A stretch of 64,000 nucleotides of DNA from positions 439,249-503,248 of the forward strand of contig JACKKY010000004.1 of the NCBI GenBank assembly GCA_024236175.1. The letters are read 5' to 3'. The DNA is from Novosphingobium sp. (lineage in GTDB: Bacteria; Pseudomonadota; Alphaproteobacteria; Sphingomonadales; Sphingomonadaceae). Numbering within the stretch: position 1 is the stretch's first letter; every line of letters starts with the position of its first letter. The position numbers and the translations under genes are program-made. The notes under the pieces are model-generated. The model did not search any database and was not told the origin of the DNA. It saw only the letters and a program-made list of their open reading frames with translations. This document shows, piece by piece, positions 27,483-36,785 of the stretch.

Positions 27483-30400
27483 CGGCCGGGCGCCCCGGCC
27501 ATTTCGGCGGGCAGCCAGGTTTCATCGCCCTGCCCGGCGAACCACGGCTGCGGAGCAGGTCCCGGCTCCGGCCAGAGTTCGGCGAGCGTCTCACCGTCAT
27601 ACAGCGTGCCGCCGCGCATCACCGCTACGATCGCCGTGGTATTGCTGATGTCGGCCAGGGGATCGCGATCGAGGATGACGAGATCAGCGAGCTTGCCCGG
27701 TTCCAGCGTCCCGAGATCGTCGAGCCTGCCGATCGTCTCGGCCGAGCCCGCAGTGGCGGCATGGAGCACCGCCATCGGGGCCATGCCGCCAATCGCATGC
27801 GCTTCCATTTCCCAGTGGAAGCCGATTCCCGGCGCTTCGCCGTGCGAGCCCATGCCCACCAGGCCTCCCATCGCCGCCAGGCGGGCAGCGTCGTGGGCCA
27901 CGGCGGGGAAGCGCTGTTCGCGCAGCGACACCCATTCCCGGTCGAGCAGTTTCGAGCGCCTGACCGAAGGCGGCCAGAAGCGGGCCAGCTTGGCATTTTC
28001 GAACGGATTGCGCTTGGCGACGAACCAGTCGACACCGGGCGAACCGCCGTTGGTCACCATCAGCGTCGTCGTGTAGCTGGTCCGCATGTCGGCCAGCAGG
28101 CCGAGCACGTCCGGCTCCAGCGTTGCCGGCAGCGCGTGTTCGTTTCCGGCGAAACCGTCGATGATCTGGGTCAGGTCCAGCTTGAGCGAGAGCGCGCCTT
28201 CCGTCGTCGGCAGCAGGCCCAGTTCCCGGGCCGCCTGCGCGACCCATTGCCGCACGCGGCGATTGCCCGTCCGGTACTGCTTGATGTTGCCGAGCCCGTA
28301 GGCATCGCGATAGCGAAGAAGCACGGCGCGGACTTCGTCGAGTGACGTGAAACGGTTGTAGGAAAAGATCGCCGGCCCGGTGGAACGCAGGCGCGGCCCC
28401 AACACCAGTCCCGCGTCGATCGCGTCCTGATAGGCGATCATGTCGATGCTGAGCGTCGAGGGATCGAATACGGTGGTGACGCCGTAAGCCAGCCGGGCGC
28501 GCAGGCTCCAGTCTTCGAAACTGAGGACTTCCCTGCGGATCGAGCCGATGTGATCGTGCACGTCTACAAAACCGGGCAACACGACCTTGCCCGCCAGTTC
28601 GCGGATGGCTGCCCCCTCGGGTATCGGCACCTCGCCTGTCGGCCCGACCGCAGCGATGCGATCGCCGACGATGACGATGTCGGCATCGGCGATGACCCGG
28701 TCACCGTCCGCCATGGTGAAGGCACGCGCGCCGCGCAGCACGACCGCTCCTTCCGGCACGTCGCGCGGCAGCGAGACGGCAAGGTCGGCAAGACGGCGTG
28801 GCTCGGCATCGACGCTGTCCATCCGCCAGAACTGTGGTCCGACCGACCATTCGATCCCGCCGTCGCGGGTGAATTCGAAGTAGTCGGCGCCGACGCTGGT
28901 CAGCTGGCGGTGCGGCAATTCGGTCGTGAGCAGGTCGACGTTAGTCGAACCGTCGGCGGGCATGGCGACGAGATGCAGCTGCTCCGCGACCTGCCCGAGC
29001 AGCCATTTGCCGTCCGGGCTGATCCGCGCATCGTCGACCGGCGCGGGGCTCTCCTGGAAGTAATATGCCGCGCCTTCCAGCTCCACCACGAGAGTCCGCT
29101 TGCCGCTCGCAAGATCGACCGAGTTCAGGCCGTCGTCGGCAAGCAGGAACGCCTTGCCCATTTGTCTGCCGAAATGGAGCCGGCTGCCGATCCTGCCGTT
29201 GGTGATCAGCGCCGCCTCGCCGCCTTTGGGTGGCAGGGAGACAAGTTCCGCCTCGCGCAGCTTGCCGATCTCGAAACCGCTCTGCTGACGCGCCGCCGCC
29301 GGGGAACGGAAGACAAGGATACGTCCCGTGCCGGGCTCGAACGCCGGATAGGTGTAGAAGGCGCTGAGCCGGTCGGCTCGCCGGGGAGCAGCGCTGCCGT
29401 CCGACGGCACGATCCACACGGCCCCGCCGGTCGCCTCGCTCCAGCTCACAAAGACGATGCGTGAGCCGTCCTCGCTCCAGCTCGGCTGGAATCCGGGATC
29501 GGATGCAGCAGGCAGGGGAATGGCCGGCGCCGATCCGTCGACCGGCTGCACATAAATCCGCCCGAAGGCGGAGAACGCGACGCGCTTTCCGTCCGGGGAC
29601 GTGATCGGGGCCTGCGGCAGGTGCGCCGCGACGGGGCCGGTCCGTTCCCGCAGCCGCGTTCGCGTGCCCGGCCCTACATCGAGCGCCAGCCTTGCCGAGA
29701 AAGGCAGGCGCACCGCCGTGCCATCGAGCGGTCGGCGTTCGAAGCCTCCGTCATGGCTGACGATCAGACCCGCGCTGTCGGGCGTGAAGGCATATCGCGG
29801 CACGAGATCCTGCCAGCTTGAGGCCCGCAGCGTATCGGGCTCCAAGTCGCCAAGCGCGACGTCCTTGCCCGTCGCGAGCGTCCGCACGCGAAGCTCGGTC
29901 ATCCCGGCACGATGCGTCGCATAGGCCAGCAGCCTGCCGTCCGGCGACACTCGGGGGCGGAAGAAAGTTTCCTTCTCGGATCCCCGCCCGCCCATGCCGG
30001 AAATCACGACCTCCTCGTCGCCGGTACGCAGATCGCGCCGCACGATCGTCCATTTGCGCAGCACGTCGAAATCGATCGAGCCGACCCGCCGGGCGTAATA
30101 CAGCCAGCGACCGTCTGCCGACGCCGATGCGCCGAGCGCACTGCGCCAGCTCTGGCGCGGCTCGTCCGGCCCTTCGCGCGTCGCGACAACTGCCTCTCCC
30201 TCGCCGTCGAGCGGCTGGAGCAACAATGCGTAGGCATTGAGATCGGGCCGATAGTGGCTCACGAACACCGCCTTGCCGTCCGCCCGCCATTCCGGCGAGA
30301 CGTAGACAGTCTCGTCGTCGCTGAACGTCAGCTGCCGCGCCTCGGCCCCGTCGGTGCGGGCGACCCAGAGATTGTCCGAGCCCGAACGGTCGCTGACAAA

Positions 30401-30703
30401 GGCAAGCCACTTGCCGTCCGGCGAAAAGGCCGGCTGCGTCTCGAACGCCATGCCGCCCATGATCCGCTTCGCCCGGCCGCCCCCGACGGGCATGGCATAG
30501 AGATCGCCGAGGATGTCGAAGACGACGGTCTTGCCGTCGGGCGAAACGTCGAGCGACATCCAGGTGCCGGAGCTCACTTCGCGCTCCAGCGTCCGGGCCG
30601 GCTGCATGGGCAGTGCCGGGTTGCCCACTGCCTGCGCTGCCGCCGGTGCGGAAAGGAGCAATGCGGCAACTGCGCCCAGCAGACGAGCGACCTGCCCCGT
30701 CAC
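27479..30703 (-). CDS. Secreted TolB/PD40-like beta-propeller fused to an amidohydrolase domain (about 1074 aa)
   Basis: The GTG start at 30703 overlaps the upstream TGA (GTGA). It has the signal VTGQVARLLGAVAALLLSAPAAAQA, repeated SPDGK motifs and a C-terminal LPGFVDVHDH (HxH). The track ORF of 1454 aa is an out-of-frame extension. Confidence 0.8.
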   Translation of the reverse strand: MTGQVARLLGAVAALLLSAPAAAQAVGNPALPMQPARTLEREVSSGTWMSLDVSPDGKTVVFDILGDLYAMPVGGGRAKRIMGGMAFETQPAFSPDGKWLAFVSDRSGSDNLWVARTDGAEARQLTFSDDETVYVSPEWRADGKAVFVSHYRPDLNAYALLLQPLDGEGEAVVATREGPDEPRQSWRSALGASASADGRWLYYARRVGSIDFDVLRKWTIVRRDLRTGDEEVVISGMGGRGSEKETFFRPRVSPDGRLLAYATHRAGMTELRVRTLATGKDVALGDLEPDTLRASSWQDLVPRYAFTPDSAGLIVSHDGGFERRPLDGTAVRLPFSARLALDVGPGTRTRLRERTGPVAAHLPQAPITSPDGKRVAFSAFGRIYVQPVDGSAPAIPLPAASDPGFQPSWSEDGSRIVFVSWSEATGGAVWIVPSDGSAAPRRADRLSAFYTYPAFEPGTGRILVFRSPAAARQQSGFEIGKLREAELVSLPPKGGEAALITNGRIGSRLHFGRQMGKAFLLADDGLNSVDLASGKRTLVVELEGAAYYFQESPAPVDDARISPDGKWLLGQVAEQLHLVAMPADGSTNVDLLTTELPHRQLTSVGADYFEFTRDGGIEWSVGPQFWRMDSVDAEPRRLADLAVSLPRDVPEGAVVLRGARAFTMADGDRVIADADIVIVGDRIAAVGPTGEVPIPEGAAIRELAGKVVLPGFVDVHDHIGSIRREVLSFEDWSLRARLAYGVTTVFDPSTLSIDMIAYQDAIDAGLVLGPRLRSTGPAIFSYNRFTSLDEVRAVLLRYRDAYGLGNIKQYRTGNRRVRQWVAQAARELGLLPTTEGALSLKLDLTQIIDGFAGNEHALPATLEPDVLGLLADMRTSYTTTLMVTNGGSPGVDWFVAKRNPFENAKLARFWPPSVRRSKLLDREWVSLREQRFPAVAHDAARLAAMGGLVGMGSHGEAPGIGFHWEMEAHAIGGMAPMAVLHAATAGSAETIGRLDDLGTLEPGKLADLVILDRDPLADISNTTAIVAVMRGGTLYDGETLAELWPEPGPAPQPWFAGQGDETWLPAEMAGAPGR

Positions 30704-31935
30704 GGCTTGTTGCCGAGATAGCGGCGGGCCAGCGCGGTTTGCCGGTTTTCGAGAGACACGGACCTGCCCTCTACGATCACCGCGACGGCGTTGGTGGAAG
30801 GTTCCAGCGGGTCGCCGTCCCACACGACCATATCGGCCGGATTGCCCGGGACCAGCTTTCCGCCGCCCTGCGCGAAGATCGCGCGTGGCTCCACCGTGAT
30901 TGCGCGAAGGGCCTCCACCCAGGAGAGCCCGTTGACGACCGCGATGCCTGCGCTTTCCCGCAAGGCGATGCCGGCATTGTAGGTAAAACTGATGGGGCCG
31001 CCGACATTGCCGAACGCGATGCGCACGCCCGCACGCCGTAGCAGTGCAGCGCTGTCCTGCCTCGCCCCGAGCCGGTCGAAGGTCGCAGGCAGGTTCTCCA
31101 GGGGATCGAGGATGACGGGGATATCCGCCGCTGCGAGCCTGTCCGCGACCCGCCAGGCCTCGCTGCCGCCCACGAGGATCACCCTTACGTTGTAATCGCC
31201 CGCCAGCCGGATCGCCTGCAGGATATCGGATTCGCGATGCGTCGTGATCGCAAGCGGCAGCGTGCGCGCGAGCACGCGCCGCAGCGCCCCTGCGTCGGCC
31301 ACGCTGACGGTCCTGAGTTCGACCGGCGGCGGATTGCGCACCTCGTCCAGCGCGGCGCGCAGGCTTTGCCACTGAATGGCCCGCGAGCCCTGCCCGGCAT
31401 TGCCCGATCCGCCGATGCTGACGAACAGTGCGACACTGGCCCGGTCGAGAATGTCCACGCCTTCGCGCAGCCTGATCTGGGCGGCCAGCCCGGAAAAGGG
31501 CGCTACGCCGGACAGGCCCGGATAGCTGGTCGCGCCGGTGATGCCGTCGCTGCGCGCGAGGGCGACGGGCTGGGAATGTCCGTTGAGCGCAAGGCTGACA
31601 TCGAAGGCGGCACCGAATTGCTCGCCCCTTGCCCTGCTGTCCACCGTATCGGGCGCGGACGATACTTCCACCAGTCCAAGCTGGGTCGCGGCGTTGAACA
31701 GCCCGGGCGTGACCGGCTGCCCCTTCGCATCGATCACGGGCATGCCTGCCGGGGGCGTTCCCGATGCCATGACAGAGCGAACCCGCCCCTGTTCGACGAC
31801 TATCGTCGCATCCTCGATCGGCCTGTCGCCGGCCAGCGTCCACGCCCGGGCATGGACGACGGCAAGGCTCTGCGCCGCCGCCGGGAATGGCGAAACAAGC
31901 AGCAAGGCGAGAAGCAGGGTGGCGAGCCGGGTCAT
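30700..31935 (-). CDS. Secreted amidohydrolase-like protein lacking the HxH metal motif
   Basis: The ATG at 31935 overlaps the upstream TGA (ATGA). It has the signal MTRLATLLLALLLVSPFPAAAQS. The position where PGxIDxHxH is expected reads PGLFNAATQLG. Confidence 0.7.
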   Translation of the reverse strand: MTRLATLLLALLLVSPFPAAAQSLAVVHARAWTLAGDRPIEDATIVVEQGRVRSVMASGTPPAGMPVIDAKGQPVTPGLFNAATQLGLVEVSSAPDTVDSRARGEQFGAAFDVSLALNGHSQPVALARSDGITGATSYPGLSGVAPFSGLAAQIRLREGVDILDRASVALFVSIGGSGNAGQGSRAIQWQSLRAALDEVRNPPPVELRTVSVADAGALRRVLARTLPLAITTHRESDILQAIRLAGDYNVRVILVGGSEAWRVADRLAAADIPVILDPLENLPATFDRLGARQDSAALLRRAGVRIAFGNVGGPISFTYNAGIALRESAGIAVVNGLSWVEALRAITVEPRAIFAQGGGKLVPGNPADMVVWDGDPLEPSTNAVAVIVEGRSVSLENRQTALARRYLGNKP

Positions 31936-33356
31936 CGCATGCTGCTCATGACCGGCCGTCCGACTTCGAAGTCTGACCCGGGTTCCGGCGGCGCCTTGGC
32001 ATCGAAGCGAACCGCGCCGTCGATCAGCACCAGTTCCGCCTTGCTGTAGATGCTGAAGGGGTCGCCCGACCAGACCACGACATCGGCGTTGTATCCCGGC
32101 GCCAGCGTGCCGATACGGTCTGCAAGGCCGAGCATGCGGGCGGGCGCACTCGTGGTCCAGCGGATCATCTCCTCCGGGGGAATGTCGATGCCTATCCTGC
32201 GGCCAGCAGCTTGCGCCTTGGCTGCCTCGATATTGAGGCGCTGTCCGGAAGCGGGCGAGTCCGAATGCATCGCTACACAGGCGCCTGCCCTGTGCAACAG
32301 GGGGGCGTTCGCGCGTACGGCGTCGAGCGCTTCCATCTTGAAACCCCACCAGTCCCCCCACACGGCGGCGCAGGTTCCGGCAGCGCGCAAAAGCTCCGGC
32401 ACCTTGTAGGCTTCGGTAGCGTGGTGGAACGCAGTGATGCGGAAACCGAATTCGCTGGCGACGGCCAGCGCCGTGGCGAGATCGTCCGCACGATAGCAAT
32501 GCATGTGCACGCGCACGCCGCCTTCGAGGATTCCCGCCAGGGCGTCGCGCTTGAGGTCGCGATCCGGCGGGCGGCCCTTGCCGGCACGGAAGCGCTTCCA
32601 GTCGTGGACATAGTCCTGAGCCTGCAGGAAAGCCCGCCGGGTGAACGCCACCACGCCTTCCCGGCTGGTCGCGCCGCGGCCCTTCTCGGCACCGTGGGAC
32701 TTGGGGTTCTCGCCGCAGGTCATCTTGAAGCCGGGCGGAGCGTCCGGGAACTTCATCGCCGCGACATGGGTTGCCGGGACCGGCTTGACCACCACCGAAT
32801 AGCCCGAAAAGACCGGACTGGAGCCCGGCAGAATCTGGATGGTTGTCACGCCGTTCCGCAAGGCTCGGGAAAACGCCAGGTCTTGGGGATTGACCGCTGT
32901 TTCGATGCGCGTGTCGGCGACGTTGAGGTCGCTGAGTTCCGAGACATCGCCCGCGTCCCAGTCGATCGCGGTCAGCGGCAGGACATAGGTGCCGTCATGG
33001 CTGTGGACGTCGATGACACCGGGCGTGACCCATCGGCCCGTTCCATCGATTTCCGCCACTCCGCCCGGATTGGCGACATCCTCGCCGATGGCGACGACTT
33101 TCCCCTCGGCAAGCAGCACATCGCCATTGTCGATACGTTTGCCCGCGCCATCGAGGATCGTTGCATCGCGAATGAGCAGGTCGGCTGGTGCCGGCGGCAC
33201 ATAGATTCCGGGGAACGGGTTCTCCAGCCAGGGAAAGCCGGAACCACGATCCATTTGCTCATACTCGTCCCGGTCGTCCGGCCTGGCCTGTGCCTGCGCT
33301 CCGGCGAGGACCGCAAGCGCCGTTGCGAGCACAAGTCCGGCCTGCCGGTTCGGCAT
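31932..33356 (-). CDS. Secreted amidohydrolase (imidazolonepropionase/prolidase-like subgroup)
   Basis: The start at MPNRQAGLVLATALAVLAGAQAQA is a signal peptide. It has an intact TPGVIDVHSH motif. Its start overlaps the paiB stop by 1 nt (TGATG). Confidence 0.8.
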   Translation of the reverse strand: MPNRQAGLVLATALAVLAGAQAQARPDDRDEYEQMDRGSGFPWLENPFPGIYVPPAPADLLIRDATILDGAGKRIDNGDVLLAEGKVVAIGEDVANPGGVAEIDGTGRWVTPGVIDVHSHDGTYVLPLTAIDWDAGDVSELSDLNVADTRIETAVNPQDLAFSRALRNGVTTIQILPGSSPVFSGYSVVVKPVPATHVAAMKFPDAPPGFKMTCGENPKSHGAEKGRGATSREGVVAFTRRAFLQAQDYVHDWKRFRAGKGRPPDRDLKRDALAGILEGGVRVHMHCYRADDLATALAVASEFGFRITAFHHATEAYKVPELLRAAGTCAAVWGDWWGFKMEALDAVRANAPLLHRAGACVAMHSDSPASGQRLNIEAAKAQAAGRRIGIDIPPEEMIRWTTSAPARMLGLADRIGTLAPGYNADVVVWSGDPFSIYSKAELVLIDGAVRFDAKAPPEPGSDFEVGRPVMSSMR

Positions 33357-33958
33357 CAGACCCGCCCCTTGTTCATCCGTCGCATCCATTCGACCAACGC
33401 GGCATCGGGATGATTTGCCAGGATGGAACCAAGCACCTCGGGCTGTTCGTCCTGGGCCAGCTTGAAGCGCCCGGAAACCGTTTCGACGCTGGCGCGAAAA
33501 CCGATGATTGATTCACGCATGGCGTCGTAGCGGCTGCCGAGCTCGCATGCGCGCCAGCTGTCCTGCCCTTCCGGTTCCATGATCTCCACCAGCCGCGTAA
33601 TCGCCTCCTCGGTCAACTCCGGCTGCAGCTCGATAACGCACTCGACCGCAAGCTGCGCATAGTTCCAGGTCGGGCCCCAGTCGCGCATACCGGCATGCGC
33701 CGGGGAAACATAGCCTTGCGGCCCCGAGAAGAGAATGGTCGCCTGAGGATCGGCGGAGAGCGGCGCGACGAGCGTGTTGCGCCGGGACATGTGGCCGAGC
33801 AGCGAAACCAGCGAGCCGTCCGGCGCGTATTCGCCGAGCAATGGCAGCATGCAGCCGGCACTTGCGGGCCCGTTTGCAGGCAATATCCAGCCAAGCGGAT
33901 ATTGATCAATCAAGGCGCGCACGTCGTCAGAGGAATAGCGCCCGAAAACCGATGTCAT
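33356..33958 (-). CDS. paiB: PaiB-family FMN-binding protein (annotated family name: negative transcriptional regulator)
   Basis: It has MTSVFGRYSSDDVRALIDQYPLGWIL ... GHMSRRN ... GYVSP ... PTWNY ... FKLAQ, the PaiB-like order of motifs. Confidence 0.75.
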   Translation of the reverse strand: MTSVFGRYSSDDVRALIDQYPLGWILPANGPASAGCMLPLLGEYAPDGSLVSLLGHMSRRNTLVAPLSADPQATILFSGPQGYVSPAHAGMRDWGPTWNYAQLAVECVIELQPELTEEAITRLVEIMEPEGQDSWRACELGSRYDAMRESIIGFRASVETVSGRFKLAQDEQPEVLGSILANHPDAALVEWMRRMNKGRV

Positions 33959-34120
33959 GCCAGCCCCGCAATTTCCCAGACCGCTAAGGTTGTCCATCGG
34001 CATTGGCCTCCTCACAAGCGCCAAAAGGGAAAATCCTTAGGGTCCAAAGCGCACTTGCCGGGATGGCGCTTCGCACTATCATGAGCCGACCTTGTCCGAT
34101 GGAGTACGGCACCGAACCCT

Positions 34121-35578
34121 ATGCTGCGACCGTGGCAACTCACCCTTGGCGAGCGCATCGCCCCCGGACGCGACACGCCGATCTACATGCAGATCATCCA
34201 GGCGCTGATCCGGGATATCGAGCGTGGCCGGCTTGCTTCCGGCACCTACCTGCCGAGCAGCCGTGAACTGGCCGCGACGCTCGGCGTCAACCGCAAGACC
34301 GTGGTGCTGGCCTACGAAGACCTGATCGCGCAGGGCTGGCTCGCCTCGGCCGGAACACGCGGGACCATGGTCTCGGCTTCCCTGCCAGCGCCGCAGCGGT
34401 CCGATCCAGCCGGCCAGAGCGAGCCCCAGCAGGTCGAACCCGACTACGATTACGTGCATCCGCCCGAGCGGCCGCTCGCGCTTCCCGGAGGGCCGGGGCT
34501 CAAGCTAGACGAAGGCGCTCCGGACGGCAGGCTGTTCCCGCCGGAACTGCTGAGCCGCGCCTACCGCACCGCGATCAACCGCGCTTCCCGGGAAAACCGC
34601 CTGCAATATCGAGACCCGCGCGGATCGATGGCCTTGCGCGCAGGCATTGCCAACATGCTCAAGACGCAGCGCGGCCTGCCGGTGACGGTCGACAACATCT
34701 GCATCACCCGGGGCAGCCAGAACGGCATCCTGCTCGCCACGCACGCACTGGTGCGCCCAGGCGACGCGGTAATCGTCGAAGCGCTGACCTACGAACCGGC
34801 CGTCGCCACGTTCCGGGCCTGTGGCGCCAAGATACTGCCGGTCCCGCTGGACGACGGCGGGATCGACGTAGAAGCGGTGGAATACGCAGCGCGCCGCCAC
34901 GCCGTGCGCGCCGTCTTCGTCACTCCGCACCACCAGTTCCCGACCACGGTGTCGCTTCGGCCGGAACGGCGGATGCGCCTGCTCGACCTCTCGCGCCAGT
35001 TCGGCTTCGCGGTGATAGAGGACGACTACGACCACGAATTCCACTTCGAATCCCAGCCATTGCTGCCGATGGCGGCCTATGCCCCGCAGAAGGTCGTCTA
35101 CGTCGGTTCCATGTCGAAGCTGCTGCTGCCGGCGCTCAGGATCGGCTACATCGCGGCGCCTGCGGCGGTGATCGATGCGATCGCGCACATGGTTTCGCTG
35201 ACCGACGGGATGGGCAACACGATCACCGAGGATGCGGCGGCGGACCTCATCGAGAGCGGCGAATTGCGGCGCCACACCCGCAAGGTCCACCAGATCTACG
35301 CGCAGCGGCGGGAGAATTTCGCCGCGGAGATCGACGCAATCCTTGGCGATCAGGTCAGCTACCGCATGCCAGACGGCGGGCTGGCGTTCTGGCTGCGGTT
35401 CAGGGCCGACCTCGACCGGATAGAGGCTCGTGCTGCGGCAAGCGGACTGCGCTTCGCCTCCTCACGCTCGTTCATGACCCGCGAGGATGCCGAACGCGGA
35501 CTCAGGATCGGTTTTGCCAGCCTGAACGAGGGCGAGACTAGGGAAGCCCTCCAAGCGCTCAAGCAGGCAGCGGGCTGA
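34121..35578 (+). CDS. MocR-subfamily GntR regulator (wHTH fused to an aminotransferase-fold domain)
   Basis: It has PIYMQIIQALIRDIERGRLASGTYLPSSRELAATLGVNRKTV followed by an AAT-like domain with SMSKLL. It is divergent from the paiB operon. Confidence 0.85.
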   Translation: MLRPWQLTLGERIAPGRDTPIYMQIIQALIRDIERGRLASGTYLPSSRELAATLGVNRKTVVLAYEDLIAQGWLASAGTRGTMVSASLPAPQRSDPAGQSEPQQVEPDYDYVHPPERPLALPGGPGLKLDEGAPDGRLFPPELLSRAYRTAINRASRENRLQYRDPRGSMALRAGIANMLKTQRGLPVTVDNICITRGSQNGILLATHALVRPGDAVIVEALTYEPAVATFRACGAKILPVPLDDGGIDVEAVEYAARRHAVRAVFVTPHHQFPTTVSLRPERRMRLLDLSRQFGFAVIEDDYDHEFHFESQPLLPMAAYAPQKVVYVGSMSKLLLPALRIGYIAAPAAVIDAIAHMVSLTDGMGNTITEDAAADLIESGELRRHTRKVHQIYAQRRENFAAEIDAILGDQVSYRMPDGGLAFWLRFRADLDRIEARAAASGLRFASSRSFMTREDAERGLRIGFASLNEGETREALQALKQAAG

Positions 35579-35710
35579 GCAAGCCTCATCCGCATCACGA
35601 ACGGGCGTGAATTACTTATCCTATTTTATTGAAAGATATGTATTTTTAAAGAACGGAACGGATCGGATGAGCCAAATACATCACATCGAACCGCCGAAAG
35701 TAACGGCACC

Positions 35711-36634
35711 ATGACTGAACTCGATCCCGAGATTCGGGCGTTCACCGAACTGCTCTCTGCCGGCTGGCGCGAACATCCGCCGCTATCCGAACTGAGCCTG
35801 CCGGAAGCGCGGGCGGTCGCCGAGAAGGTGCGCGAGCGCTGGCGTGCCGGCGGACCAGAGATGGAACGGACCGAAGAGGCTGACTTCCCCACCCCGGCCG
35901 GCCCGATGCGCGTACGCCGCTACGTCCCGGCCGACGCGTCGGACACTGCGAGCATTGTCTACCTGCATGGCGGCGGGTTCACCTTTTTCAGCATCGACAC
36001 GCACGACCGGATCATGCGCGAATATGCCAGCGCAGCGGGCATAGAGGTGTTCGGCCTCGATTATGCCCTGTCGCCCGAACACAAGTTTCCCGTCGCGCTG
36101 GAGCAGGCGCTGGCCTTCGTTCGCGACCTGGCGGACCGGAATGCCGGTGCCGGCCTCATCCTCGCGGGGGATTCGGCGGGCGCCAATCTCGCCCTGTCGG
36201 CGGCCGCGCGCCTGCGCGACGAGGGCAAGAACGGCCTCATATCGGGGCTGGTGCTGAACTACGGCGCTTTCGGCCCCGGGAATTCGGACGAGGCCGAGCG
36301 GCGCTTCGGCGGACCGGACGCCATACTAAACCGCGCGGAAATGGAGTATTTCTGGAACAATTATCTGCAAGGGGAAGAAGATTACCGCAATCCCGCCGCG
36401 AACCTGCTCGAAGCGGATCTGTCGGGCTTGCCGCCGGTTCTCCTGGTGGTGCCCGAATGCGACATCCTCACGGAGCAGAGCCATGCGATCGCCGGAAAAC
36501 TGGGCCCGCAGGCCGAGCTGCGAGTCTATCCCGGTGCCACTCACAGCTTCCTCGAAGCGATGAGCGTTTCCTCACTGGCGAGGCGGGCCATTGCCGAAAC
36601 CGCGCTATGGGTCAGGGAGCGCCTGCCCGAATAG
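35711..36634 (+). CDS. Alpha/beta-fold esterase/lipase, hormone-sensitive-lipase family
   Basis: It has the oxyanion motif HGGGF (YLHGGGFTF), the nucleophile motif GDSAGANL and a C-terminal GATHSF. Confidence 0.85.
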   Translation: MTELDPEIRAFTELLSAGWREHPPLSELSLPEARAVAEKVRERWRAGGPEMERTEEADFPTPAGPMRVRRYVPADASDTASIVYLHGGGFTFFSIDTHDRIMREYASAAGIEVFGLDYALSPEHKFPVALEQALAFVRDLADRNAGAGLILAGDSAGANLALSAAARLRDEGKNGLISGLVLNYGAFGPGNSDEAERRFGGPDAILNRAEMEYFWNNYLQGEEDYRNPAANLLEADLSGLPPVLLVVPECDILTEQSHAIAGKLGPQAELRVYPGATHSFLEAMSVSSLARRAIAETALWVRERLPE

Positions 36635-36785
36635 GCCCATCTCCGACACCGTTGGTCCCCTTCCCTCGGCAAAGTTGGATGTTTCCAAGGCCCAAAAGCA
36701 GAAGATTATCGTGCTAAAGTAATAGAAGTATTGCGAGGATCGTGGGGAGCCGAGGCGAACGTATATCCGGCCAATGGGGGTTAAT

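Noticed and set aside
30704-31843. A 380-codon N-terminal extension makes the propeller-amidohydrolase a 1454-aa ORF in the track. The neighbouring gene has a similar 188-codon extension (31936-32499).
   Set aside because: The extension is an alternative frame of the upstream gene on the same strand and gives an Arg/Gly/Pro-rich product. A signal peptide begins exactly at a GTG (30703) that overlaps the upstream stop, and likewise an ATG at 31935.
33990-34102. The repeats TTGTCCATCGG (33990-34000) and TTGTCCGATGG (34092-34102) lie in the MocR/paiB divergent region and could be MocR binding sites.
   Set aside because: Only a 6-nt core is shared and the repeats are about 100 nt apart. This is too weak to call without comparative data.
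36690-36750. A possible Fur box lies in the AT-rich stretch upstream of the receptor at 36786.
   Set aside because: The best alignments to GATAATGATAATCATTATC give only 8-9 of 19 matches, which is not better than expected for AT-rich DNA.
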